In this document: piece after piece, positions 36,130-47,454 of the stretch
How positions within the stretch are numbered: the first letter of the stretch is position 1
How the letters are laid out: every line of letters begins with the position of its first letter
Assembly (NCBI GenBank): GCA_965240325.2
Contig: OZ251235.1
Coordinates: 2,046,001-2,110,000 of the forward strand
DNA length: 64,000 nt
Reading direction: 5' to 3'
DNA from: Rebecca billardiae RCC1528
Lineage: Eukaryota > Protista > Haptophyta
Position numbers and translations under genes: made by a program
Notes under the pieces: model-generated
What the model was told of the DNA's origin: nothing
Seen by the model: only the letters and a program-made list of their open reading frames with translations
Database searches by the model: none

Positions 36130-38760
36130 GCGTGCCAAGCAGCACTCAGCACCGCCCGACCACCGCCGCCGGCCTGGCCGTGGCACCTCCCTGCTGCTAC
36201 CACCGCATGCGGCGCGAAGCCTCCGGAGCGCAGCTGCTGCCAGGCCTGCCAGCTGCAGCCGTGCAGCGGCGCCGGGGCGCGGGCGCAGCGGGCATCGGAT
36301 GGCAGAGGCTCGAGCGCGCTACGGAACGAGGCGAGCGGCTACACCGCGCTCGGTGCGTCCAGCGCCCACGCCTCTCGGGTGGGCACTGCCAAGCTTTCAG
36401 CTGCTGCGGCCGCCCGCCGTGGCACCATCCCTGCTGCTGCTGCCGCACGCGGCGCGGAGTCGAGCGCTGCTGCTGCTGCCCTGGCCGGGCGCGGGCGCAG
36501 CAGCACCGGATGGCAGCGGCTCCAGCGCTATGGGCGAGGCGAGCAGCGGCACCGCGCTCGGTGCGTCCAGCGCCCACGCCCCTCGGGCGTGCACCGCCGA
36601 GCTGCCGGCTGCAGCAACCGCAGCCGCCCGCCGTGCCACCATCCCTGCTGCTGCTGCCGCACGCGGTGCGGAGTCGAGCGCAGCCGCTGCTGCCCAAGCT
36701 GGGCGCGGGCGCAGCAGCGTCGGATGGCAGCGGCTCCAGCGCCATGGGCGAGGCGAGCAGCGGCACCACGCTCGGTGCGCCCAGCGCCCAGGCCCCTCGG
36801 GCGTGCGCTGCCGAGCTTCCAGCTGCGTCGACCGCCGCCGCCCGCCGTGGCACCATCCCTGCTGCTGCCGTCGCACGCGGCGCGGAGTCAGGCGCGGCTG
36901 CTGCTGCCCAAGCTGGGCGCGGGTGCAGCAGCATCGGATGGCAGCGGCTCCAGCGCGCTGCGGGAGGCGAGCGGCGATGGCGCGCTCAGCGCGTCCGCAG
37001 CACAAGCCCCTCGGGCGTGCGCCGCCGAGCTTCCAGCTGCGTCGACCGCCGCCGCCCGCCGTGGCACCATCCCTGCTGCTGCCGCCGCACGCGGCGCGGA
37101 GTCAGGCGCGGCTGCTGCTGCCCAAGCTGGGCGCGGGTGCAGCAGCATCGGATGGCAGCGGCTCGAGCGCGCTGCGGGAGGCCAGCGGGGACACCGCGCT
37201 CGGTGCGTCCAACGACCAGGCCCCTCGGGCGCACACCGCCGAGCTTTCAGCTCCGTCGACCGCCGCCGCCCGCCGTGGCACCATCCCTGCTGCTGCCGCC
37301 GCACTCTGCGCGGAGTCGAGCGCAGCTGCTGCTGCCCAAGCTGGGCGCAAGCGCAGCAGCGTCGGATGGCAGGGCTCCAGCGCGCTGCGGGAGGCGAGCG
37401 GCGATGGCGCGCTCAGCGCGTCTGCAGCCCAGGCCCCTCGGGCGTGCGCCGCCGAGCTGCCGGCTGCAGCAACCGCCGCCGCCCACAGTGGCACCATCCC
37501 TGCTGCTGCTGCCGCACGCGGCGCGGAGTCGAGCGCCGCTGCTGCTGCTGCCCCAGCTGGGCGTGGGCGCACCAGCACCGGATGGCAGCGGCTCGAGCGC
37601 CATGGGCGAGGCGAGCAGTGGCACCGCGCTCGGTGCGTCCAGCGCCCACGCCCCTCGGGCGCACACCGCCGAGCTTTCAGCTCCAGCGACCCACGCCGCC
37701 CGCCGTGGCACCATCCCTGCTGCTGCCCCCGCACTCGGCGCGGAGTCGAGCGCAGCCGCTGCTGCCCAAGCTTGGCGCGGGCGCAGCAGCGTCGGATGGC
37801 AGAGGCTCGAGCGCCATGGGCGAGGCGAGCAGCGGCACCGCGTTCGGTGCGCCCAGCGCCCAGGCCCCTCGGGCGCACACAGCCGAGCTTTCAGCTCCAG
37901 CGACCGCCGCCGCCCACCGTGGCACCATCCCTGCTGCTGCTGCCGCACGCGGCGCGGAGTCTAGCGCAGCCGCTGCTGCCCAAGCTTGGCGCGGGCGCAG
38001 CAGCGTCGGATCGCAGCGGCTCGAGCGCCATGGGCGAGGCGAGCAGCGGCACCGCGTTCGGTGCGCCCACCACCCAGGCCCCTCGGGCGCACACCGCCGA
38101 GCTTTCAGCTCTAGCGACCGTCGTCGCCCACCGTAGCACCATCCCTGCTGCTGCCGCCGCACGCGGCGCGGAGTCGAGCGCAGCCGCTGCTGCCCAAGCT
38201 GGGCGCGGGCGCAGCAGCGTCGGATGGCAGCGGCTCCAGCGCGCTGCGGGAGGCGAGCAGTGACACCGCGCTCGGTGCATCCAATGCCCGGGCCCCTCGG
38301 GCGCGCACCGCCGAGCTGACAGCTGCGCCGACCCACGCCGCCCGCCATGGCACCATCCCTGCTGCTGCAGCCAATGCGGCGCGGAGTCAAGTGCAGCTGC
38401 AGCTGGGCCCCAGCTGGGCGCGGGCACAGCAGCACCAGATGGCAGCGGCTCCAGCGCGCTGGGCAGTGCCGTGGTCGTGTGGAGCAATGTCACCGCGCTC
38501 GGCGCGTCCATCGACGAGGCCCCTCGAGCGAGCGACACCGAGCTGTCATCTGCGGCGAAAGCCGTCATCCGCCGCGGGACCATTCCAGCAGCTGCTGCCG
38601 CATGCAGCGCAGACTCGAGCGTGGCTGCCGCTGGTGTTGGCGGCCCGGATGGGCGCGGGTGCAGCATCATCAGGTGCCCGCGACCCCATCGCGGCGGGCG
38701 CGATGGGCCAGGTCGCTGCGTTTGGCGCGCCATTGCCCAGGCCGTTCAAGCGAGCACCAC
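36130..38760 (-). repeat. 214-bp satellite array 2 (~12 units, inverted)
   Basis: Reverse complement of the array 1 unit at ~214-bp period. Confidence 0.95.
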
Positions 38761-39680
38761 CGAGCTGTTAGTTGGAGCAACTGCTGCCGCCCGTCATGAT
38801 ACTGTACGTACTGCTGCTGCAGCATCAACAGCGCCGCTGTTACCAGCAGCGCTGCGCTCGTGTATCCGAAGCAGCACCGCATTGATGGTCCTGCGGTCTG
38901 AGTAGGGGAGTATGCCAGTAGCTCGCATGTACCTGGAGTGCAGTCCATGCCTGTACTGCCTCGCCGAGTACTACTAGAGTAGTAGGACCTCATGTGCTCA
39001 CGCAGCTGAGCCGCTGCCGTCTCCTTGCTGTGACGCGCAGAGCAAGTCGAGGAGTGTCTGGCGACCACCGGTGCCAGTGCTGCGCCGACAGGTATATGCC
39101 CACCACCCGGCCGCGCCCGTAGCATGGGCGATGGTAAGATGAGTGGCAGCACAGCGCACAGCTACGAGCAAGGTTGATGTGCGACGGTGTGGAGGCACGC
39201 GTGCTCGCGGCATGCTCCGAGCCCCGTGCTGCGTGCCCCCTGCTGCTTCTCGCCCTTGGTCATCTCCTCGTCGATGCCCTCCTCCCCCGTACGCGTGAGC
39301 TCCGCGACGCCATCGGGCCAGCCTACCAACGAACAGTGGGCGTGGCGCCCTGCTGACGGCTGGCTGCCATCGCAAGCCATGCACGCCTGCACACGGCAAC
39401 AGGGCCGTTTGCGCCCTGTTGCCGTGTGCACGGCCACAGCGGGCCGGTGCACACGGCAACAGCAGTGCGAAACCCCCTGAGGGTGACCCCTTTTGCGCCC
39501 CAGTGTGCACACGACAACAGGGCGCAAACGCCCCTGTTGCCGTGTGCAGTCGCCAGTGGCAAACGCCAAACCTGGCTGTGAGGTCAGGTGCAAGCCGGCC
39601 AGTCCGGTCGTCGTCGGAAAATCGATGGCGTCGGCGGCCGAGCTCGTTTGAATCCGGCTCGCGCTTTTGCTCGGGGCAGC

Positions 39681-42065
39681 ATGGTGCCCAGCCAGGCGCG
39701 CTGGGTGCCTGCGAGCATGCTGGGCGAGCCACCCGCCCCGCTCGTGTCGCACACCGCGACGCTGTGGCGCGACAGGTCCATCATCATCATCGGCGGCGGC
39801 CGGCACACGCGCTCGTCGAGCGATGTCGGTCTGTGGCACATGTCTGCGGCCGTGCACGCGCTCGAGCTCGAGGCGATGCGCTGGGCGCGGCATGAGGTGG
39901 GCGGCGACGAGTTCGTGGGCCGACGTGGCCACTGCGCCGTGCTCTTCGCGCACGCGGACGCCATCGTCGTCTTCGGAGGCGTCGACTCGCACGGCCCGAG
40001 CGGACACGAGCGCACTCGGTGTGACGTGAGCGTGCTTGCGCTCTCGGCGGATGGGCCGTGGACGTGGCGCACCTTCGACGCGTGCGCGAGCTCGCCCTCG
40101 CCCCGGCGCGGCCACTGCGGCTGGCTCTCGCACGACGGCGCCTCGATGCTCGTCTTCGGCGGCTTCTGCGCGCACGGCGCGCACGCCGGCGAGCCGATCG
40201 CCATTGGCTGGCACGATGCGCAGCTGCACGCGCTGCGCGCCGAGTCGGTCCTTGGGCGTGCGGCGAGTCCGGGCGCGCGGCCGGCGTGGGCGCGGCTCGA
40301 GACGACGGGTGAGGCGCCGCTCGTCGCGCTCGCGACCGTCGCGCTCACCCACGACCGCGCCCACGCCGTGCTCTGCGGAGGCATCCACCAGCGCGCGGCG
40401 GACCGTTTTCGCTGCACGGTTGCGGTGCTCGAGCAGCGCTCGCTGGCGTGGTCGCGGGTGCTCGTGCCCGGGCGCATGCCGGCGCGGTACTCTGCGGCCG
40501 CGGCGTTCGTCGGGGATACGCTGCTCCTCTTCGGCGGCACGGATCTGCCCATGTTCGAGAGCGAGCTCGCGCGCCCCGACCACGCGGACATGCGCGCGCT
40601 CGAGCTGGGCGCGGAGCTCCGGGCGGTGCCAGCAGCCGCAGGCGCCGCCGCCTCGGGGGCTGGGGCCGAGGGTGAGGCGGCGCCCTGCTGGGTGCAGCTG
40701 GACAGGCGGATGGCGCCGCCGCCGCCGCCGCCGGGCGCGGGGTACGCGCCGCACGACGCGCCTGAGCCAGGGGGCGCGCGCTCGCGCGCGGCTGAGGCTT
40801 CAGCCGACGCGCCGGCCGAGCCTGCCTCTGACGCGCCTCAGCTCGCCGAGGACGCACCGCTGCAGCCCGCCCTGACGCTCGAGCTGGGCGGGCGTGTGTA
40901 CGCGGCAGGCAGCCGCGACGCCGCGCCCTCGCCGCGTAACGGGATGACGCTCACCGCGGTGCGCGGCGGCGCGACGCTCGTCGTCGTGGGCGGGGGCGTC
41001 TTCCGCGCCGAAGGAGGTGAGTACTTTGACGAGGTGTGGCTCTTCCACATCGGTCCGGACACCGGACTTTCCCGCGCCGGACCCACCGGACCGGAGCCGT
41101 TGGCGCGCGGGCCGGCGGCCGAAGGGGGCGCGCTCTCGACGGGCGGCGGCCGCGCGCCGCCTCACGCCGACGGCGGGCTGAGCGAGGACCTCGGCCGCCT
41201 GCTCGCGAGCGCGCGCGGCGCGGATGTTTGCTTTGAGCTGGACCGGGGCGAGCGCGTGTGCGCGCACGCCCTCGTGCTGGGCGCGCGCTGCGACTACTTC
41301 CGAGCGCTGCTCAGCGGCGGGTTTGGGGAGGCCTGCGCCGGCGGCTCGGGCGCCGAGCGTGTCGTGCGAGTGCCGCACGTGCCCGCGCGCGCGTTCCGCG
41401 CTGCGCTGCGCTTCCTGTACACGGGGCGACTGCCCGGGCTCGAGGGCGGCGCGGAGGGCGCGGGCGCAGACTGCGGCGCGGAGGGCGCGGGCGCAGACTG
41501 CGGCGCGGAGGGCGCGGGCGCAGACTCGGGCACTGGCGCGGCTGCGGAGGCGGCGTGGGCGCAGCTCGCCGCCGAGCTGCTCATGCTCGGCGACATGTGG
41601 ACCTGCGCCGCGCTGCGCGCCGCGGTGCTCGCCCGCATCGAGCGCGCGCTCGGCGCGCGGCACCTCAGCCTCGCGCGCGCGCTCGAGATCGGCCGCGCGA
41701 CGGGCGCCACCGAGCTCCTGACCCTCGCCGCCGAGCGTCTCGTCGACGCGCTGCTCTTTCCCGTCCCGCGCGCGGGCGGCGCCGGCTGCGCCGCCGACGG
41801 CGACGAGGCCGACGCCGCCTCCTCCGACTTGACGCCGGGCGGGGGCAGTGGCGAGGCAGAGGAGGGCGCGCGCGGCGCGCGGCGCGGTGCCGCCGCGGTG
41901 CTGCAGCCGGCGACGCGTGGCGGCGGCGACGCGGACACGCAGCTCGTCCGCAGCGCGGGCCTGGCCGCCGGCGACGTGGGCGACAGGGCCTTTGCTGACG
42001 AGCTGGAGGCTGCGCTGCGGCGTATGGGCTTCCGCCCGACGACGGGCGCAGGTGGCTGCGAATGA
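39681..42065 (+). CDS. Kelch-repeat + C-terminal BTB/POZ protein (LZTR1-like architecture)
   Basis: Repeated R.GH/VVFGG/W kelch motifs; ADVCFELD..AHALVLGARCDYFRALL..FRAALRFLYTG. Confidence 0.9.
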   Translation: MVPSQARWVPASMLGEPPAPLVSHTATLWRDRSIIIIGGGRHTRSSSDVGLWHMSAAVHALELEAMRWARHEVGGDEFVGRRGHCAVLFAHADAIVVFGGVDSHGPSGHERTRCDVSVLALSADGPWTWRTFDACASSPSPRRGHCGWLSHDGASMLVFGGFCAHGAHAGEPIAIGWHDAQLHALRAESVLGRAASPGARPAWARLETTGEAPLVALATVALTHDRAHAVLCGGIHQRAADRFRCTVAVLEQRSLAWSRVLVPGRMPARYSAAAAFVGDTLLLFGGTDLPMFESELARPDHADMRALELGAELRAVPAAAGAAASGAGAEGEAAPCWVQLDRRMAPPPPPPGAGYAPHDAPEPGGARSRAAEASADAPAEPASDAPQLAEDAPLQPALTLELGGRVYAAGSRDAAPSPRNGMTLTAVRGGATLVVVGGGVFRAEGGEYFDEVWLFHIGPDTGLSRAGPTGPEPLARGPAAEGGALSTGGGRAPPHADGGLSEDLGRLLASARGADVCFELDRGERVCAHALVLGARCDYFRALLSGGFGEACAGGSGAERVVRVPHVPARAFRAALRFLYTGRLPGLEGGAEGAGADCGAEGAGADCGAEGAGADSGTGAAAEAAWAQLAAELLMLGDMWTCAALRAAVLARIERALGARHLSLARALEIGRATGATELLTLAAERLVDALLFPVPRAGGAGCAADGDEADAASSDLTPGGGSGEAEEGARGARRGAAAVLQPATRGGGDADTQLVRSAGLAAGDVGDRAFADELEAALRRMGFRPTTGAGGCE

Positions 42066-42526
42066 GCACGACTGCTACACGGTGCTGAACAGAATGATGG
42101 CGGCCAAATGTCTACCGTTTACGGGCGCCGCCGCGCGAAGCGAGCCGGCGGCCTAGTAAGAACCCTGAGCCGGCGCGGACGGGCACTGCTGGCAGGTGCG
42201 CAAGCGCCCAATACATGCTCCGCAGACACCGCTCACCAGCCCCTGCCACCTCGTCTCCTCGTCTGTTATACTCATACTGCCCGCGACACGCGAACATGTC
42301 CGCCGATCGTCATCAGACTCATCAGTGTATCATATATATAGCCTGTATCATCATCTTTGAATCCGCTCGTCCGGCCGGGCCACTCTCTGAGTCTGACTCT
42401 CTCAGACTCAGACTCTCTGTCGCCGAGTTGTGAAGGCGAAGACGGACCGGTCAAAGAGGGGGGCACGCATGTGCGTCGGCGAGGCCTGCTTGCCAGCCCG
42501 CGCGGTGCAGCCGCCGCCGCCTGCGC

Positions 42527-43330
42527 TCAGAAGCCGCCCCCGCCGTCCGGCAGCGCGCACTCGTCCATCTCGCCGAGCTCCTTGGCGGCGAGGCACTGCA
42601 GCGCGTGCCAGTGGCCCTGCTCGTCGTCACGCACGCGCACAAAGACGTCGTACAGGCTGTCGAGGCGCGCGGGCGCACTCGGCGCGGAGCGCGCGCCCTC
42701 GTAGTACGCGCGCGCCACCTCCGGCACGGGCTGCGCGCGCAGCCGCTCCGCGTGCGCGCCGAGGAAGGCGTCGTAGGTCGCGAACGCGTGCGCCTCGATC
42801 AGCTCGCTCAGGTGGTACGCCTGCTGCGGGCGCAGGGCGTACAGCGCGGCGACGAACCAGAAGTAGAAGACGGCGAGGTGCTGCGCGACGAACCGGTCCA
42901 GGTACGCGTCCGCGCCGCCGAGCGCCTCCATGATCAGCAGGTGGTGCAGCTCGTTGTCCGCCTGCTCGTAGTGCACGTGCATGAACGAGACCATGTCGCG
43001 CCGCCCGAGCGTCTCGTACAGGTGCAGGCACGAGAGGAAGGCGAAGTACGGGACGCGCGCGACCGTTTCGAGCACGTAGAAACGCTCGATGTCGCGCCCA
43101 CGGTACAGCACGTCGATCATGTGCTTCACGCCCGAGATCAGCGCCTCGTCGACAGCGATGGCGGCGGGGCCTAGCAGCGCGCGCTCGTGCGCCGGGTCAG
43201 GCTCGATGACGGTGGCGCGAGGCCCTGGCGAGCGAAGCCGTGCGCGCGAAGGGATCGAGTGCAGCCGCGCCGCGGAGCTCACGCGCACCGCTCCCGCGAG
43301 TGCCGCGACGAGCGCCGCCTTCCACTTCAT
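42527..43330 (-). CDS. PTOX: Plastid terminal oxidase (alternative oxidase family)
   Basis: RFYVLETVARVPYFAFLSCLHLYETLG, NELHHLLIME, ELIEAHA and RDDEQGH di-iron motifs; N-terminal signal plus transit-like peptide. Confidence 0.95.
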   Translation of the reverse strand: MKWKAALVAALAGAVRVSSAARLHSIPSRARLRSPGPRATVIEPDPAHERALLGPAAIAVDEALISGVKHMIDVLYRGRDIERFYVLETVARVPYFAFLSCLHLYETLGRRDMVSFMHVHYEQADNELHHLLIMEALGGADAYLDRFVAQHLAVFYFWFVAALYALRPQQAYHLSELIEAHAFATYDAFLGAHAERLRAQPVPEVARAYYEGARSAPSAPARLDSLYDVFVRVRDDEQGHWHALQCLAAKELGEMDECALPDGGGGF

Positions 43331-43903
43331 CCTCAAACGCTCGCGTGGCCGAACGACTGCCGCGGCGCGGCCCGCCGCAGGAACGGGCGTACGATTGGAC
43401 GCTCAGGGAGATCAGAATGAGAATCGCACCAATCATGGCCTTTTCCTCCGCGACTCGTCATGGCCGTTTAGCGAGCTTTGATTCCTCGTCCGCTCGAATT
43501 CGGCGCTCATCAGTCACTCCACGACTGCCCATGATTCATTCACGAAGAGACGACGACGAACGACGACGACGGGCCCACCACCGCAACTGGCGAGTCTATT
43601 CATGAGTGATTGGGAGACGCTGGCGCCATCTGCTGATGTCGGCACAGCGCGCTGCTTCTCCGTGAGCAGCTGAGTCAAGTCAGACAGTCCACTTTCCCGA
43701 GACCGGGCGTGTCGCGGCTGTCGCGGCCGCGGCTGCACAGCCACGCGCGCGCGCTCACGAGCTCCACGGGGGCGCACACTCCAGCGGCTCAGCCGCCCCC
43801 GAGTGGCCGCCTCGGATGCAAGCCGCAGCCCCACACACACCATGGTCATCCTTGCGGCCGGTGCAGCTCGGTGTGTCGCGCCGCGGCCACTGGTCGTTCT
43901 TCT

Positions 43904-46900
43904 TCACATCGCGAGCGCGCGCGGCGTCTGCTTGCGCGCCGACATGGGCAGCGCAGACGGCGTCTGCTGGTGCGCGGACGGGAGGGTCTTGATGCTGCTC
44001 AGCCGACGCGATCGGCGCACCTGCGGGCGAGCGGCGCGTGGTGACGTGCACAGGGCGCGCGGAGGCGTTAGTGGCTTGTGCGCGGCGCGGTCAGCATGGC
44101 CGCCGCGCGATGCCGTGGCACGGGCTCGGCGCGCGCGGTGCGCGCACCGGCGACTGGAGGCCATCGTCAAACTCGAGGAACGAGCCGAGGGTCGGCGCTC
44201 CCTGCTCAGCCGACGGCGCGCGGCCGGCGGGCAGCCCGGGGGCGGCGTGCAGCAGCCGCGCGACGATCGCGAGCCCGCCGAGCGCCGCGAGCACGATGGC
44301 GGTGGCGCCAAAGCCGTTGGCCGCCTCCGCGGCGCTGGTTGTCGCGGGCGGCGCGAGCGTGGCCTCCGCCTCGGTCCACGCGGTGACGGTGCACGCGCCC
44401 TCGGCGCTCTTCTCGCAGATGGCCACCCCGCCGCTCACGTCCGCCGCCGCATCGTCCGGCATGCCGTAAGGGCCGCCTGCCAGCTCAGCCAGAGGCTCGG
44501 CGGCGGCCTCCGCCTCCGCCGTGGGCTGCGGCTGGGGCGGCGGCGGCGCGCGCGCGAGGTTTGCCGCGACGCCGTCCAAGAAGGCCTTCATGGCGCTTGT
44601 CATCTCCACGGCGCTCAGCTCGGCGGCGAGCGGCTGCTGCGGGCTCTCGGCCGGCGGCGCCGCCGGCTCGGGATCCGAGGCCGAGGCCGCGGCGTCGGCC
44701 GGCGCCGGCGCGGCCGCAGCCTTCGGCTCCAGCTCGGCGGCGACGTGAGCATCGACGGCGCCGTCTGGCACGGGAGGAGCGCTCTCGTCCGCCGAGGGCG
44801 CCGCGCTCTCGTCCTCGTCAGCGGCGTGCCGGTCCGGCTTGGAGCGCTCGAGCGCATCGATCAGCCCCTCCACGGTGCCTCCTGCCGTCTGCTCGGCAGC
44901 CGCGGCGGCGCTCAGGTGCCGGGCCAGTGCCGGAGGCATGACGCCGTTGAGGACGGCGGCGAGGAGCGGGCCGGGCACGAGGCTGGTCGCGGCGGCCCAC
45001 GCGGTCGGCACCTCGCGCGCGCGAGGCGCGGCCGGCGGCGCGTGCAGCACCGCCCCTGCGACGAGCAGCGCGAGCGCGAGCGCGAGAGAAGGCAGGCTGG
45101 ACCGAGTGGCACGCGCGGTACCGCCCGCGGGCTTGGTCGGCGCGGCCGCGGGCTGGGCGCGCGCCTTGGGCTCGGGCGCGGCCGCGGGCGCCGCCGCGTA
45201 GTCGGGCGAGTGCGTCGAGTACGACGGCGGGTTGAGCGTCGGCGGGGTGGCCTCCTCCGAGCCCTCGACCGTCCGGATGAGCGCGCGAGGCGTCGGCAGC
45301 AGCGGGGTCGGGGTCGGCCCGGCGGCGCGCATCGACGATGGTACGCTGCTGGCGGGCGTGCCCGCGCGCGCGGAGGCGGGCGTGCGCTCGAGCGTCTTCT
45401 CGGGCTTGAAGAAGCCGTGCGCGAGCGCGCCCGCCAGCGTGCTGTCGCCACCCGCCTCGGCCGCGCCGCCATGGCCGGCGAGCGCGCTCGCGACAGCCAG
45501 GTCCAGCGGCAGCGTCGGCTGCGTAGCCGTGGCGATGGCGGAGCTGGCGTGCAGCGCAGAGTGCGCGAGCTCGAGCTTGTCCTCGGCGGAGGCGGGCGCG
45601 GCGCGCGCCACGCTGGCGCTCTCCGCCTCATGGAACCACGGCGTCGCCTCCGCCACCTCGTGCGCCCACGGGGTCGCCTCGCCAGCCGGCGCGGGCGGCG
45701 CGGCCGCGGCGCTCATCTTGCTCGGCTGCGGCGGCGCGGGTTGCGCGGCGGCGAGCGCGGCGGCGGGCTCGGTCTTGGTGGCGCTGCCCTGCTTCTTGGG
45801 CTGCGCGCTTGCGCCGTGCGGGCTGTCCTCCGCCAGCCGGTTGCTCTCGCCCAGCATCGCGCGGATCTCGAGGAAGTTCGAGAGCTCGGCCGTGGGCACG
45901 CGCGCCGAGAGCTCGGCAGCGAGATCGCCGAGATCGAGCTCGGGCGCGAGCTCGGGCGCGACGCCGGCCATGGGCGTGTTCTGCGGCGCGGGCGGCGCGT
46001 TGCCCGGGCTGAAGACCATCACGCCCGGCGGCGCGGGCGACGCCTCCATCGCCGCGGCCGCGGCCTCCAGCTTGGCCCGGCGCAGCGAGGCGGGCGTCGG
46101 GCGCGCGCGCGCCCCCTCGGCTGACGCGGGCGTGCCTCGCGCTGGTGTTGTGCTGCCCTCGGGCAGAGGGCAGTGCGCCTTGAGCACGGCGAGCGTCTCG
46201 CAGACCGCGTCGCGCACGGGCTTGGCCGGATCGGTGCGCAGCTTCCACATCAGCTTGTGCAGCTGCCGCCGCGTGACGCTCGCGCCCGCGGCGGGCGCGT
46301 GCTCGGCGCCCGCGCCCGCCGAGACGGCAGACGACGGCGTCGAGCCGCGCGGCTTGGTGTCGGGCGTGGCGTGCGGGTCGTTCTCGTCGGCGCCGTCGTC
46401 CGCGCCGCCGGCGAGCGCGATCAGCTCGCCGTGCCGCGCCGCCACCGCGCCGATCAGCTCGACGGCGCTCTTCTTGGCGTGCCAGTCGTCGGTGCCCGTC
46501 ATGCCGCGCCGCTCGCGGCCCAGACCGTACGCGTCTTGCACCGCGCGCGCCGCGAGCGGGGCGAAGGCGTCCGGGGCGATGGCGGAGATGGCGCGGACGA
46601 CGCCGAAGACGTTGGCGGGGACGAGGGTCTGCTTCGCGCGCGCGAGCGAGAGCAGCTTGTGCACGAGCACGGGCAGCGCGTTCTCGACGAGCGGCGAGGG
46701 CGCCATGGAGACGACTTCCACGATGCACGCGCACGCGCCCACCTGCTGCTCGCGGATCTGGCAGCCGAGCGCGGCGCTGAGCGGGGCGAGGATGGGCGCG
46801 AGCCGCACGCCCTGCCACTGCACGGGCGTCTCGTCCGCGCGCGGCGTCGCCGGCCACTCGAGGCACACGCCGAGCGCGCCGAACGTGGAGGCGGCCGCGC

Positions 46901-47454
46901 GGTGCACGCGCGCGTCGTTTGTGCACAGGGCCTTGAGGAGACTGCGCGCGCGGCGCGTGGCGGAGCGGGCGCAGGGCGGCGCGGGGCGTGAGCGCGGTAC
47001 GCGCGGCCCGTGGTACGCGCACACTCACCGCCGCGCACTCCGCGCCCGCGCGCGACGCGCGCGCGCACCAGTGCACGACGTGCGGCAGCGCGGGCGCAAG
47101 GTGCGACGTCTTGTGAAGGCGGACGGCGTCTCCGATCAGCTCGATGCACGCGACGGCGGAAGGGCCACGCGCCTCGGGGAGCTGGCGGAGGAGGTTCTTG
47201 ATGATCATGTTCAGCTCGTGCACGATCTGCCGCTCGTTCGGCTCCGTCGCGAGCGTGGCGAGCGTCTCCTGGAGCTCACCGGTCGCGACGCGGCGCGTGT
47301 CGTCGCACGCGAGCCGCTGCACGAGCTCGAGCATCGCGATCTCGTGCTCGCGCTTGGGGGTGAGGCCGATCACGCGCGATGGCGTGCCGTGCTCTCGCGG
47401 CTGCGACGCTCCGTCGCGTTGGGGGCTCACGGCGCGGCCGTGCGCGGTCGGCAT
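43904..47454 (-). CDS. TORTIFOLIA1/SPIRAL2-like HEAT/ARM protein with long Ala/Pro linker and two hydrophobic segments
   Basis: LVQRLACDDTRRVATGEL, LAPALPHVV, DWHAKKSA and D.AKPVRDAV resemble the SPR2 N-terminal domain. Introns 47068-46942 and 44147-44021 (CACTAAC branch site). Confidence 0.7.

Larger units (their letters stand above)
32965..39578. mobile_element. Foldback-like DNA transposon E1 (6.6 kb, 583-bp TIRs, 7-bp TSD TGAGGTC)
   Basis: 32965-33547 is the near-exact inverse of 38996-39578. TGAGGTC lies at 32958-32964 and 39579-39585. CACACGGCAACAG subterminal motifs alternate in orientation, and the arms carry inverted satellite arrays. Confidence 0.9.

Noticed and set aside
35960-38263. 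767-aa and other long ORFs across the 214-bp arrays (also 49025-50843)
   Set aside because: The period is not a multiple of 3, ORFs are open in many frames on both strands, and no domain is present; an artefact of a GC-rich satellite.
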